A DNA stretch of 64,000 bases from Eledone cirrhosa (Eukaryota). Each line of letters starts with the position of its first letter. Position 1 is the stretch's first letter. A program made the translations under genes and the position numbers. The stretch covers positions 131,254,001-131,318,000 of the forward strand of contig OZ024740.1 in assembly GCA_964016885.1 (NCBI GenBank), in the 5' to 3' direction. Positions 27,450 to 39,062 of the stretch are shown piece by piece. The notes below the pieces were generated by a model. It saw only the letters and a list, made by a program, of their open reading frames with translations, was not told the DNA's origin and made no database searches.

Positions 27450-27450
<1 letters not shown>
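27220..27450 (+). mobile_element. Family B single arm with HHR (27298-27334) and upstream hairpin
   Basis: CTGAAGA-tTGCgaaaGCAt-GAAA-GTTC-TT-GTTC, preceded by the hairpin CTGTTGAAACTCCCGGATA/TATCCGGGAGCTTCCAACAG. Confidence 0.7.
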
Positions 27451-27529
<79 letters not shown>

Positions 27530-27689
27530 ATTAAATAAGTGAAAGGGGTATTCAAAGGGTTCGAAATACGGCAATTAAAAATAAAAATGTTTATAGCTGA
27601 AGTAGACCACTCAACAAGTTACTTTAGTAAATATGATATTAAATGTTAAAAATCTTAGTATATAATTATATATATATATACACATACAT

Positions 27690-27818
<129 letters not shown>

Positions 27819-27841
27819 TATAGACATACACATATATACAG

Positions 27842-27904
<63 letters not shown>

Positions 27905-27908
<4 letters not shown>

Positions 27909-28520
27909 TGGTGGCTGCCAACTCGTTTTCAAGTACGGCCACTACTTTATATCCATGTAGGAGAACCCCTACCAATGTGCTGAACGAGTGTGACTTTTTA
28001 GTCCAGCCAGCGACTTGAAAACTCTGGTACAAACACTACACTTGTGACAATTATTGACACATAGTGCTGGGCCCATAGTACCATGTGACGACAAGTGCAG
28101 AGAGCTCTCCAGATACAAAGCAATGCCTGTGCCATGAAGCTTTTATAGTGAGCAAATTCACTGCACAAAGCCAGTCCCACTCTCTTAACCAAGATGATAT
28201 TTACCAAAAAGAAGAACAAGTCAACATAATTGGATACCATCAGGGTTGCAGGTGTTATATCAGAGTTTTCCTTCTCCTAGAATTCTGCCTTGACAAAAGC
28301 TAAGGGGTCATCTCTCCTGGTGATTTTGGATGCCCATTGACTCTTAAGAGCTCCTTTGCCCTTTGACAGGTTTTCTTTTTGGTCCTGCAGGATGTCCAAA
28401 GTCACCCTCCTCATCAAGAAATCTTGGTGGGGTTGCCAGTTTAGTCGCCAACGACCCGACCATAAGACAGGTTGTACTGGGATACATGTTACCAGTAGCA
28501 CCAACTGGTGACCTGACATG
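27905..28520 (-). mobile_element. Internally deleted non-autonomous RTE-like element (5' UTR joined to a C-terminal C2H2 finger and 3' end)
   Basis: On the minus strand an RTE-type 5' UTR is followed near the 3' end by [23 protein letters not shown] (C2H2) and GTGGCCGTACTTGAAAACGAGTTGGCAGCCACCATA. No APE or RT lies between. Flanked by (TA)n. Confidence 0.65.
28436..28513 (-). ncRNA. Candidate HDV-like ribozyme at the 5' end of the RTE derivative
   Basis: The order fits the double pseudoknot: P1 GGTCA/TGGTC, J1/2 hairpin CCAGT..ACTGG, P2 CCAGT/ACTGG, weak P3 (AA/TT) with loop CC pairing GG, P4 GTCG ttgg CGAC, J4/2 CTAA. Confidence 0.5.
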
Positions 28521-28536
28521 AACATATGTACATACG

Positions 28537-28630
<94 letters not shown>

Positions 28631-28669
28631 TATACACGGGTGTATTTGATTGGGTATAGAAGATTATAT

Positions 28670-29047
28670 TAATAAAAGGAATTCCAATGTTGTCTGGTTT
28701 ACTCGTTTTATTTACAATCCTTTAAAATTATAATGATATTATAATGAAATAGTATGGTAGAATATTAAATGTTAAGTGTTAATTGAACAAGTACTTTCAT
28801 GCTTTCGCAATCTTCAAGTTCATATTCTGTGGTGACACTCAAGTTTGCAATTTTCAACTAATGAAAACTGCAAACTTGACTGTCACCACAGAATATGAAC
28901 CTGAAGATTAGGAAAGCATGAAAGTACTTGTCCAATTAACACTTAACATTTAATATTCTACCATACTCTTTCATTATAATATCATCATAATTTAAAAGGA
29001 TTGTAAATAAAACGAGTATCAGACAAAGCTGGAATTCCTTTTATTAA
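28670..29047. repeat. Fold-back palindrome of family B with an HHR in each arm (28785-28821 -, 28897-28933 +)
   Basis: Inverted arms of ~185 bp centred near 28860. Palindromic stem III AAGTACTT. Confidence 0.85.
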
Positions 29048-29499
29048 TATATATATGTAAGTTTTCTGAAGTTTGTTAACGTGATCTCGGGGAAGAAGGT
29101 TTTTTTCTTTCGGAAAATTTTTTTTTTCTCTAGAAGGAATTTCATAGGAAACTTATATATTTTTTAGGGAAACTTTAGATTTTTATTTTTTATTTTATTA
29201 GCCTCTTAATTTCTTCTAGTCTAGTAGGTTTATTGGAGCCTGTAAGCTTTATGCACTTATTGAGGGATTTTCTAAGGTGCTTCTACGGGACCCCAAGTCT
29301 TTTAGTTTACTGTTAATGCGTAAATTATATATTATCTAATTTTTAAACTTCAATCCCTGACCCCGACAACTGATATAAAAGAGCCCCCTTAGAAAATAGA
29401 CCCCGACTATACAAGCGGAGTTGCTGATGTATACCACAATTTCAAACTGCTAGCCTTGAGTGATACGTTGATGTAAATAATGATCTTACAATCACATGT

Positions 29500-29554
29500 T
29501 ATATGCCTTGAAAAGTCCCACCATGTGGTCGAGGAAACGGCTGTCGGCAATATA
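29500..29554 (+). ncRNA. Hammerhead ribozyme, U3:A8 variant (family H)
   Basis: TATATGCC-TTGAAAA-gtc CCAC cat GTGG tcgag-GAAA-CGGCTG-TC-GGCAATATA. GUC triplet. Confidence 0.7.
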
Positions 29555-29719
29555 CTTGTTATAATGTCATAATAGTTCCTTTGTTTATTTCACTAATATT
29601 TCTGCCCTGCGTATACGCATAGAGCTTAACTAGCTACCGTCACATATTTGGTAGGTCAGACGTGATCATCGCGATTCACATACGACCTACCATACATCTT
29701 ACTTATGTGTATATATATG

Positions 29720-29780
<61 letters not shown>

Positions 29781-29849
29781 ATTTGTGTATTTACGTGTAT
29801 GTGTATGTATATGTGTGTGTGTGTTTGTATGTGTATGTGTGTGTGTTTA

Positions 29850-30179
29850 TATACTTATATATTTGTTTATATTTTTCTGTTCTTCCTTCAGCCTATCTTT
29901 CATATTCCTTATATTAAATAAAAACACCAGGATTTTTTTTCATTCTGATGACTGAAAGCAGACTTGTTTGCTTTCAAGAAACCACTGGTAAATGAAATAA
30001 TTATCTTATGTTGTTTACTATATAACTATTAAGCACTGAAACCTACATAGAGCACTCTTATTTTCCTGGACCTTTCCCACGGAATTACTTCATTCATATA
30101 TATATATGAACGTAAGAATAAGGACAGATCGAGAAACAAGACTGTCCTTTATCAGTAGCCAGCCTGCTGATTATCATTG

Positions 30180-30180
<1 letters not shown>
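29850..30180 (+). mobile_element. Family A copy with intact HHR at 29938-29997
   Basis: TTTCATT-CTGATGA-cTGAAAGCAGAC tt GTTTGCTTTCAa-GAAA-CCACTGG-TA-AATGAAA. Confidence 0.8.
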
Positions 30181-30253
<73 letters not shown>

Positions 30254-30260
30254 GTATATT

Positions 30261-30292
<32 letters not shown>

Positions 30293-30558
30293 TATATATA
30301 TATATATACACACACAGGAATCTAATGTGCATTTACTGTAGGTTGGCTCAACCTAAGTTTAATTTAGTTTGTTTATGTTGCCTTCATTTTATTTTATGCT
30401 TCTGTGATAAACCGCTGCCCAGCAGAAATCCCCCCCCCCTTAGTACAGTACCGCAATCTGTCATCTCCCATTACGCATAGTCCATAACCGCTTCCACACC
30501 CACACCCAGTACCCTCACCTCACCGAATATACACCACAATGTCCATGAAAGTGACCGT

Positions 30559-30775
30559 TGTGGCTGATTGGTTAGTGAATTGGATTCGCAATCGTGAGGT
30601 TGTGAGCTTGATTCCTGGACCGGGCGAAGCGTTATGGGCTTGAGGAAGATACTTTATTTCACGTTGCTCCTTCTACCTGGAGTTGCGACCGACAGAAAGT
30701 ATTAGCAATTGGAAAGATCAACGGAAACATTGTTTCGGCGGTCTGATTTGACGAAAGTCGATCGACAAAAAAAAA
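30559..30775 (+). mobile_element. tRNA-derived SINE (octopus-type), second copy
   Basis: A box GTGGCTGATTGG, degenerate B box GCTTGATTCC, body homologous to 5780-5988, A-rich tail. Confidence 0.8.
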
Positions 30776-31256
30776 AGAAAACTGTCTACGAAACATCCTA
30801 AACACCACACTCCCACAACACACACCAACCATCGTTCCACACTACAACTTCTTCAGTATCATCCCGCCCCACATATCACACATACCAAAGTATTCATTAT
30901 AACAAAACCAACAATCAAAGCAAACATTAACTCATCACAGTAAATGAATGTGAATCGTCTTAGACATTTCTAAAGCCTAGAGGTTCATTCTTTCATAACA
31001 TTAGCAGAAGTCCGAGTCGGGCTAGATCGATACAGATCGAACCTTGATGATCAATAGCAAAACGCGCGACACGACACAGCAAACGTAATGGAAGCATAAC
31101 AAAACGTCCTTTTAAAATTATTATTTATATTATATATATATATATATGGAGAGAGAGAAAAAGAGAGACTAGTCAATGCTCAGGTAATAGCATATTTCAT
31201 GTCATCCTATATATACATACATATATATTATGTATTTATAAATATATATATGTATA

Positions 31257-31344
<88 letters not shown>

Positions 31345-31406
31345 TTAGAAAGTGAGTTTTTTTTTACAAGATGAAAAATAACCGAGGTGTCCTACACGAG
31401 TGAAAG

Positions 31407-31699
31407 TATAAAGAAAAAGAGATGAAATCGAAAAGGCAACTGGAGTCTTATTTTTTTTAAAAATATATATATTTATTTGGTTCCTTTACCGGTTTCGCAG
31501 TTCTTCTGCTTTTCAAAAGGTGAGTTGAGATGGAGGGTCTGTGGCTTTTCTCATATGTGTGAGAAAAACCACAGACCCTCCATCTCAACTCACCTTTTGA
31601 AAAGCAGAAGAACTGCGAAACCGGTAAAGGAACCAAATAAATATATTTATTTAAAAAAAAAATAAGACTCCAGTTGCATTTTCCATTTCATCTCTTTTT

Positions 31700-31706
<7 letters not shown>
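31407..31706. repeat. Near-perfect 300-bp fold-back palindrome of family I with two intact U3:A8 HHRs (31483-31520 -, 31593-31630 +)
   Basis: CCTT-TTGAAAA-GCAG aagaa CTGC-GAAA-CCGG-TA-AAGG. The arms meet at a ~6-nt loop near 31556. Confidence 0.88.
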
Positions 31707-31749
<43 letters not shown>

Positions 31750-31750
31750 C

Positions 31751-33760
31751 AGAATTGGAGCTCTGAAATAGCAATATATATATGGATGTATATATAATGT
31801 ATTTTACAATACACTTTATGCTTAATTAAAAGCATTTTGAAGACCGTAAGCTATTGTTTTAAAGTAGTGACGAATTCATTCACTTTGATCTCAGCAAACA
31901 GGGGAGATAAGCCGACATGACATGTTTCGCTTTTGTTGAAGCTTATCAAGACCAACTACCCCGCCTGTCTACTGAGATCAATGATGTTATATTCTTATAG
32001 AAATCTAGTAAATAATCAGGAGCTGATTATGCAGAGCGGTTGTTGGTCAGGCAGAAATTAAAATTAGAATTGGAGCTCTGAAATAGCAATATGTATATGG
32101 ATGTATATATAATGTATTTTGCAATACACTTTATGCTTAATTAAAAGCATTTTGAAGACCGTAAGCTATTGTTTTAAAGTAGTGACAAATTCACTCACTT
32201 TGATCTCAGCAAACAGGGGAGATAAGCCGACATGACATGTTTCGCTTTTGTTGAAGCTTATTAAGGCCAACTACCCCGCCTGTCTACTGAGATCAATGAT
32301 GTTATATTCTTATAGAAATCTAGTAAATAATCAGGAGCTGATTATGCAGAGCGGTTGTTGGTCAGGCAGAAATTAAAAATTAGAATTGGAGCTCTGAAAT
32401 AGCAATATATATATGGATGTATATATAATGTATTTTGCAATACACTTTATGCTTAATTAAAAGCATTTTGAAGACCGTAAGCTATTGTTTTAAAGTAGTG
32501 ACAAATTCACTCACTCTGATCTCAGCAAACAGGGGAGATAAGCCGACATGACATGTTTCGCTTTTGTTGAAGCTTATCAAGGCCAACTACCCCGCCTGTC
32601 TACTGAGATCAATGATGTTATATTCTTATAGAAATCTAGTAAATAATCAGGAGCTGATTATGCAGAGCGGTTGTTGGTCAGACAGAAATTAAAAATTAGA
32701 ATTGGAGCTCTGAAATAACAATGTATATATGTATGTATATATAATGTATTTTGCGATACACTTTATGCTTAATTAAAATCATTTTGAAGCCCGTAAGCTA
32801 TAGTTTTAAAGTAGTGACAAATTCACTCACTTTGATCTCAGCAAACAGGGGAGATAAGCCGACATGACATGTTTCGCTTTTATTGAAGCTTATCAAGGCC
32901 AACTACCCCGCCTGTCTACTGAGATCAATGATGTTATATTCTTATAGAAATCTAGTAAATAATCAGGAGCTGATTGTGCAGAGCGGTTGTTGGTCAGGCA
33001 GAAATTAAAAATGATATCAAAGTGAGTGAATTTGTCACTACTTTAAAACAATAGCTTACGGTCTTCAAAATGCTTTTAATTAAGCATAAAGTGTATTGCA
33101 AAATACATTATATATACATACATATATATATTGCTATTTCAGAGCTCCAATTCTAGTTTTTAATTTCTGCCTGACCAACAACCGCTCTGCATAATCAGCT
33201 CCTGATTATTTACTAGATTTCTATAAGAATATAACATCATTGATCTCAGTAGACAGGCGGGGTAGTTGGCCTTGATAAGCTTCAACAAAAGCGAAACCTT
33301 TCATGTCGGCTTATCTCCCCTGATTGCTGAGATCAAAGTGAGTGAATTTGTCACTACTTTAAAACAATAGCTTACGGTCTTCAAGATACTTTTAATTAAG
33401 CATAAAGTGTATTGCAAAATACATTATATATACATCCATATATATTGCTATTTCAGAGCTCCAATTCTAATTTTTAATATCTGCCTGACCAACAACCGCT
33501 CTGCGTAATCAGCTCCTGATTAATTACTAGATTTCTATAAGAATATAACATCATTGATCTCAGTAGACAGGTGGGGTAGTTGGCCTTGATAAGCTTCAAC
33601 AAAAGCGAAACATGTTATGTCGGCTTATCTCCCCTGTTTGCTGAGATCAAAGTGAGTGAATTTGTCACTACTTTAAAACAATAGTTTACGGTCTTCAAAA
33701 TGCTTTTAATTAAGCATAAAGTGTATTGCAAAATACATTATATATACATATATATATATA
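31751..33760. repeat. 316-bp tandem array (family J): 4 units, then ~2.3 inverted units, one U3:A8 HHR per unit; retrozyme/pLTR-like
   Basis: AGAATTGGAGCTCTG occurs at 31751, 32066, 32382 and 32698, with an inversion at ~33012. Motif GCC-TTGATAA-GCTT caacaa AAGC-GAAA-CATGTCATG-TC-GGC, enclosed by the long stem TTGATCTCAGTAGACAGG/CCTGTTTGCTGAGATCAA. Confidence 0.92.
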
Positions 33761-33955
33761 TATATATTTAGTTTCTGAATTTGTTTAGCAAGATTCCTTA
33801 TGTAAAAACGTGTGTTGGGAGGGTCATGTTGCCAATAAGAAACACACGCAGCAGAAGCTTTCACTTCAATTTATTTTAGTAAACTTATAAATTTAGGAAT
33901 TTATACATTTCCGGTTGGTTGGTTGGTTCCACAACCAGATGGTTGTTTATATATT

Positions 33956-33998
33956 GTCAATGTTCTTTCGTCACACATGTTGTGACCTCCTCAGTGAT
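33956..33998 (-). ncRNA. Hammerhead in the PLE pseudo-LTR (family K); second copy at 37872-37914 (+)
   Basis: Left: TCA-CTGAGGA-gGTCACA acatg TGTGAC-GAAA-GAAC-AT-TGA. Right: GTCA-ATGAAGA-...-GAAA-GGAC-TT-TGAC. Each copy is mutated at a different site, and the consensus is a complete HHR. Confidence 0.7.
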
Positions 33999-34188
33999 TG
34001 GGGATTATTTTCTTTGTTTTTGTGCCTCTCCTTTGTTCTCTCTTACGCCATTTTGTTTCTGCCTGTGTGTTGTGTGCTCAGTCTGCGCATGCGCCACATC
34101 CGGGTGTATGTGTGTGTTTATATTTGTTTATTTATTTGTTTATTTACATGTTACAGGTTGGTTGTTTGTTCTATGTGCGTGTGTGTTT

Positions 34189-34707
34189 TCATATTTGTCC
34201 TTGATTGTAAGTTGTGATGTTGCTGTTCCACTCATGTTTTCTATTTAATTTTGGTAGTAATTCTGTTATGTTTATTGCCTCTGTGATTTGTCTAAACATT
34301 GCGTCTTTTCTGTGTGTAGATTCTATTTTTATTTCTATGTTTTCTAATTTACCCTTATGTTCTATTTTAGCATGTTGGTAGAGTACAGATGATTCTTTAC
34401 TATCTTGAAGGTCTACACTACGAGCTGTCTCACCTATGTACACTATATTTTTGTCTCTACATTGTCCTTCAGTACATCTTATGCTGTATACTACATTTCT
34501 AGTTTTACAGTTAATATGGGGGCTTAATTTACAGGTTATACATTTCTTATCTATACAGGGTGGTGTTTGAAAAGGGTATCTCTTGCTAATAAGTGATTTT
34601 ACGGAGGTACCTGGTCTTTCTACTATCTTAATATTGAGTTTATGTTTATCTAGGGCCCTTCTAAATGTGTAAGCTAATTCACCTCTAGGGAGTGTATCGA
34701 TGAACAT
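34189..34707 (-). pseudogene. PLE GIY-YIG endonuclease domain
   Basis: VVY...YIGET motif. A small deletion after ARS removes the catalytic R region. Confidence 0.85.
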
Positions 34708-34941
34708 TACACTCTGGTATTTATTGCTATCATACCATGAGTTTATTCTATTAGCCTTATTCCTAGTTATTTCTATTATATTCCAAAATTTGCTCCTCTA
34801 CAAGGGGCAGGTTCCATTTGTGTCATTATTTACCATGTTTTCCCATTTGGTTCTGGCTCCTCTATACACTCTGATTTTATCTCTCTGATTGTAACCAGAG
34901 AACTGCATACGGTGGATGAAGTGTTGTATGTGTCTCTCGAG

Positions 34942-36363
34942 TTATTCGGGCTTGCATATGCGGAACACGTTTCTCATCACCCGTACCAAATCCGCAACCT
35001 GTATGTTGATGTTGGTATGGTCCGAAACAGCTGCGTTTCGGTGGATCAGATATTTGGAAGTCATGGGTTTTGCATAATGGGAATGGAGGATTTGTTTTTT
35101 GTTATTAATGGTATCTAACCAGAGCTCTGTGTCTAGTACAGGTAATCGATGGTTGGGGTGTTTACTTGGGTAGTCTATAGTAACTCTAATACTCTGGTGG
35201 ATGGTGTTAGCTATTTGCTGGATGCTTTCCATTGTGTTTTTCTCTAATTCCTGACAGTTCTCTAGTGGGGGTGTTTTAACTACGATGTTTATATCATCAA
35301 CGTAGGGGGAGTACATTATCAGGGTTAAGGGGTCTTCTAATTGTTCTTTAAGTTTAAGTTTAAATCTACTGTCCCACCATACCGTGAATAAGTTAGCTAT
35401 GTCGCCTGCAATGCTAACCCCAATGGCTGCACCTTCCTCTTGGGCATATGTTTTTCCATTAAATTTGAACATATGTTCCTTAAGGGTTAATTTTTATGCT
35501 GGCCCTCACCGCATGTGCAATCATTTTCTTTAGTTCATCGTGGTTTTCGGGTATCCGTATGGCTCTGGTCCACCCATTCCATCTATCTGTGTGGGTTTTC
35601 TTGGCCATTGAGGTAATGGTAGGTGGTCTGCCTCTTGCTGGTTTTGTAGGGCACAGGTTGCTAAGGTCATATGTGTCTAGGTAATTATTACTATAGGTAA
35701 GATTAAGTAGGAGTCCCAGCTCACTGGTATCAATCCCACGGAACTCAACTCACTGATCATTTCTACGCATTTCTCCACAGCAAAATCCACGTCAATAGAT
35801 GGATACAGGGACACAACATCCATACTACCTATTATGCAGTTTGTTAGGTCCCTAGATCGGTTATCCACGCCGATTCTGCTGAGGAGGTCCTCCGTGCTGT
35901 CACATACATCTGGGGACATTTCTATGATGAGGCGTATGATCAGGGAGAGGAAGTAGGACAGTCTGTAGTTACAATCAATGTTAGCACCACAGACTGGCCG
36001 TGTTGGTGGCACCGTGACAGGATCACTGCCCGTTTTATGGTCCTTTCGAAGCCCTTACAACGCCGGCACGTCATTGTTCGAGGCCTGGAAGTTGTTGGAA
36101 GTCCTTTTGTTGGGCTGCATTATATTCGTCCACATCACCATATGGGCATCGACGGCTTTTTCTCTATCCTCATGCTCCTGTGGTGTTACTTCTCTTGTGT
36201 TAGTGATGTGGGGTTGCATTGCCTGGATGTAGTTTGGCAGGCTGTCAACCGACATTCTGCCAGACTTGTCTGTTGGAAAGCATGCTATCTCTCCATTACG
36301 CGACCGCTGCATAAGCTTACGGAAGCCATTTGCAGATTTTTCTCCCAGTTGCTGGGTCTCCAT
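34942..36363 (-). pseudogene. PLE reverse transcriptase (frameshifted)
   Basis: ORF pieces 36055-36363, 35677-36012 and 34942-35472 carry the RT motifs in order. Confidence 0.88.
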
Positions 36364-38060
36364 TCTATTATGCTTCTTGCTATACTGTTCTATACTATTT
36401 GTAAGTTCGGATCTAGCTATACTAAATTGTGCTTCTGTTTATTCATCGAACTGCGACGGCAATTGCGTGCGTTTGTTAATTGTTAAAGTCGTGGCGTGGA
36501 CTCGTCGCAGGTCGAACGACTTATCGGAGGGATTATAAAAAGTAGAGTTCCAGGCTGCTGCTTTATGTGTACTAGTGCTATTGTTATTGTTAGTTGTGTT
36601 GTTTCTATTTCTATTTCCACCAACAGCCTCATGGTTGTGTCTATGTCTCTCATTATTACTCCTGTCTCTTTCCACTGACTCATTGTTATTATCTACTCTA
36701 TTTTGTGTGTATGTGTGTTCGTCTTAGTTATTTTCTGTGTCCATAGTCTCCCTTCTCCTTTTAATCCTATTACCTTCCCTTATTTCTGTGCTACTGTCAT
36801 TACTTGTTTTCTGTGTCTGTGTGTTTGTTAAGATTGTGGTGGTGGTGAGAGGCATTGAATGTGTGTGTGTTGTTGTTGTTGTTGTTGGTGTGTGCTGTTG
36901 TTGATGTGTGTTGTTGTTGTTGTCTCCGTGTGTGTTATTATTGTTGTGTGTGTTGTTATTGTTGTTTGTGTCTGCGTGTATGTTGTTGTTGTTTCTGAGT
37001 ATGTTATTATTGTTGATGTGTGTCTTGTTGTTATTGTTATTTGTGTCTGTGTGTCTGTTGTTGCTGGGATGTGTGTTGTATATGTGTGTGCGTATGTCGT
37101 TACTTTTGTTTTTGTTTTTCTTTTTGAGGCTCCAACGTAATTTTGTAAATTATTTTTTCTATTTCTGACAAGCAACTAATTATATTTACCTTCTTGAATG
37201 TCGCATATTTAGGTGGTAGTTGTAATATAGATAATTCATCAGGGTCTACTGTAGTGCTGCCGTATATATTTGTGTTGCTGTTGTTGAACTCATCTGTTAA
37301 TGAGATGTCGGCCATATTTATACCGTCAATTTTGTCGGGATATCTATTGGTATTCTCTACAGTATCCTGATTTAGTTTTATCTGCTTAAGCCACTTTAGT
37401 TTCTTGGTAAAGTGCTTATCACATTATTGAGCAATGTACTGTTCTTCAGGACGTATAAGGCTTATAAATATTAGTTATTCTCTCGGTGTGGTGATCTTAG
37501 TTATTTCTCATATTAGGTTACGCTTATCTTTTTCTTGATGAAAAATCACAGAGGCAATAAACATAACATAATTACAACGAAATAAACATAAAAGAATTAC
37601 AGACAAATCACAGAGGCAATAATTAAATAGAAAACATGAGTGGAACAGCAACATCACAACTTACAATTAAGGACAAAATGAAAACACACACGCACATAGA
37701 ACAAACAACCAACCTGTAACATGTAAATAAACAAATAAATAAACGAATATAAACACACACAAACACCCGGATGTGGCGCATGCGCAGACTGAGCACACAA
37801 CACACACACAGAAACAAAATGGCATAGGACAGAAAAAAGGAGAGGCACAAAAACAAAGAAAATAATCCCCAGTCAATGAAGAGGTCCCATAATGTGTGAC
37901 GAAAGGACTTTGACAATATATAAATAACCATCTGGTAGTGGAACCAACCAACCAACCGGAAATTTATAAATTCCTAAATTTATAAATTTATTATAATAAA
38001 TTGAAGTGAAAGCAACTGGTGTGTGTGTTTCTTATTGGCAACATGGCCCTCCCAAAGTAT

Positions 38061-38131
<71 letters not shown>

Positions 38132-38142
38132 TACGTATATAT

Positions 38143-38196
<54 letters not shown>

Positions 38197-38200
<4 letters not shown>

Positions 38201-38345
38201 AAGAAAAGATGAAATCTAAAATGCAACTGGAGTCTTATTTAAAAAATATATATATATATTTATTTGGTTCCTTTAACGGTTTCGCAGTTCTTCTGCTTTT
38301 CAAAAGTAGAGTTGACATGGAGGGTCTGTGGTTTTTCTCACATCT
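38197..38345 (-). mobile_element. Family I single arm with slightly degenerate HHR
   Basis: Homologous to 31409-31552. Core TTGAAAA...GAAACCGTTA. Confidence 0.75.
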
Positions 38346-38388
38346 GGTTGATCTCTGAATGTTACTTGTTTTATATGGAAAAAGTGGC

Positions 38389-38452
<64 letters not shown>

Positions 38453-38453
<1 letters not shown>

Positions 38454-39004
38454 CGTAAAATAAGAAAATTATAGTAATTAACATACTTACTTATATTCCA
38501 CTCCAACAAATTTGTTTCTGAAAGGGGATATACATAGTTTCAAATGGAGACCATGGAGAATCTATTCTTCATCAGGGAGTCATTCTTGGCTATGATTTCT
38601 GGCAATACGCGGACACAGGGAACTTATACAAAAATAATTCACTGGATGGAAATAAGCAAGCGCGGACTGAATTCCAAGACATTGAAAATGTAACTTCCTG
38701 CTCAGTGGCAAATTCAAAAGAATCAATCACGTGACATCGAGGTTAATTAGTGAGGAGTGGGGTGTTCAAAAGACAGTAGCCAAACTAATACTATGAACCA
38801 TAGTAGTAATTTAGGCAAATTTTTGCTCAACAAAATAATTTGGAAGATATTGAAGATATAGGTTTAGTTTAGTAACTTTGTAGTTCAATACAAAGAGATG
38901 TAGAACATTATATAAAAGATGTAAAATAAGAAGATTATAGTAATTAACTTACTTAAATTTCACTCCAACTAATTACTTTTTGAAAGGGGATATACATAGT
39001 CTTC
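38453..39004 (-). mobile_element. Diverged family F copy (~466-bp unit x1.2) with HHR at 38500-38580
   Basis: Minus strand: ACTCC-CTGATGA-...-GAAA-CAAATTTG-TT-GGAGT. Homologous to 20087-20810. Confidence 0.8.
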
Positions 39005-39016
39005 ATATATATATAT

Positions 39017-39062
<46 letters not shown>

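Larger units (their letters stand above)
33815..38052 (-). mobile_element. Near full-length degenerate Penelope-like retroelement with inverted pseudo-LTRs (33815-34248 and 37622-38052)
   Basis: RT motifs PTDKSG, TRPVCGA, IGSMDVVSLYPSID, Q.EGAAIG..IAG.IA, YVDD, LPVLD and HYAKP at 34942-36363. Cys linker plus GIY-YIG (CIDKKCITC..NVVYSIRC..YIGETARS..E..LNRKHEW) at 34189-34707. The 3' end is duplicated in inverted orientation at the 5' end. Subclade not resolved. Confidence 0.92.

Noticed and set aside
31751-33760. CRISPR-like array
   Set aside because: The units are wholly repeated with no unique spacers, there are no cas genes, and the context is eukaryotic.
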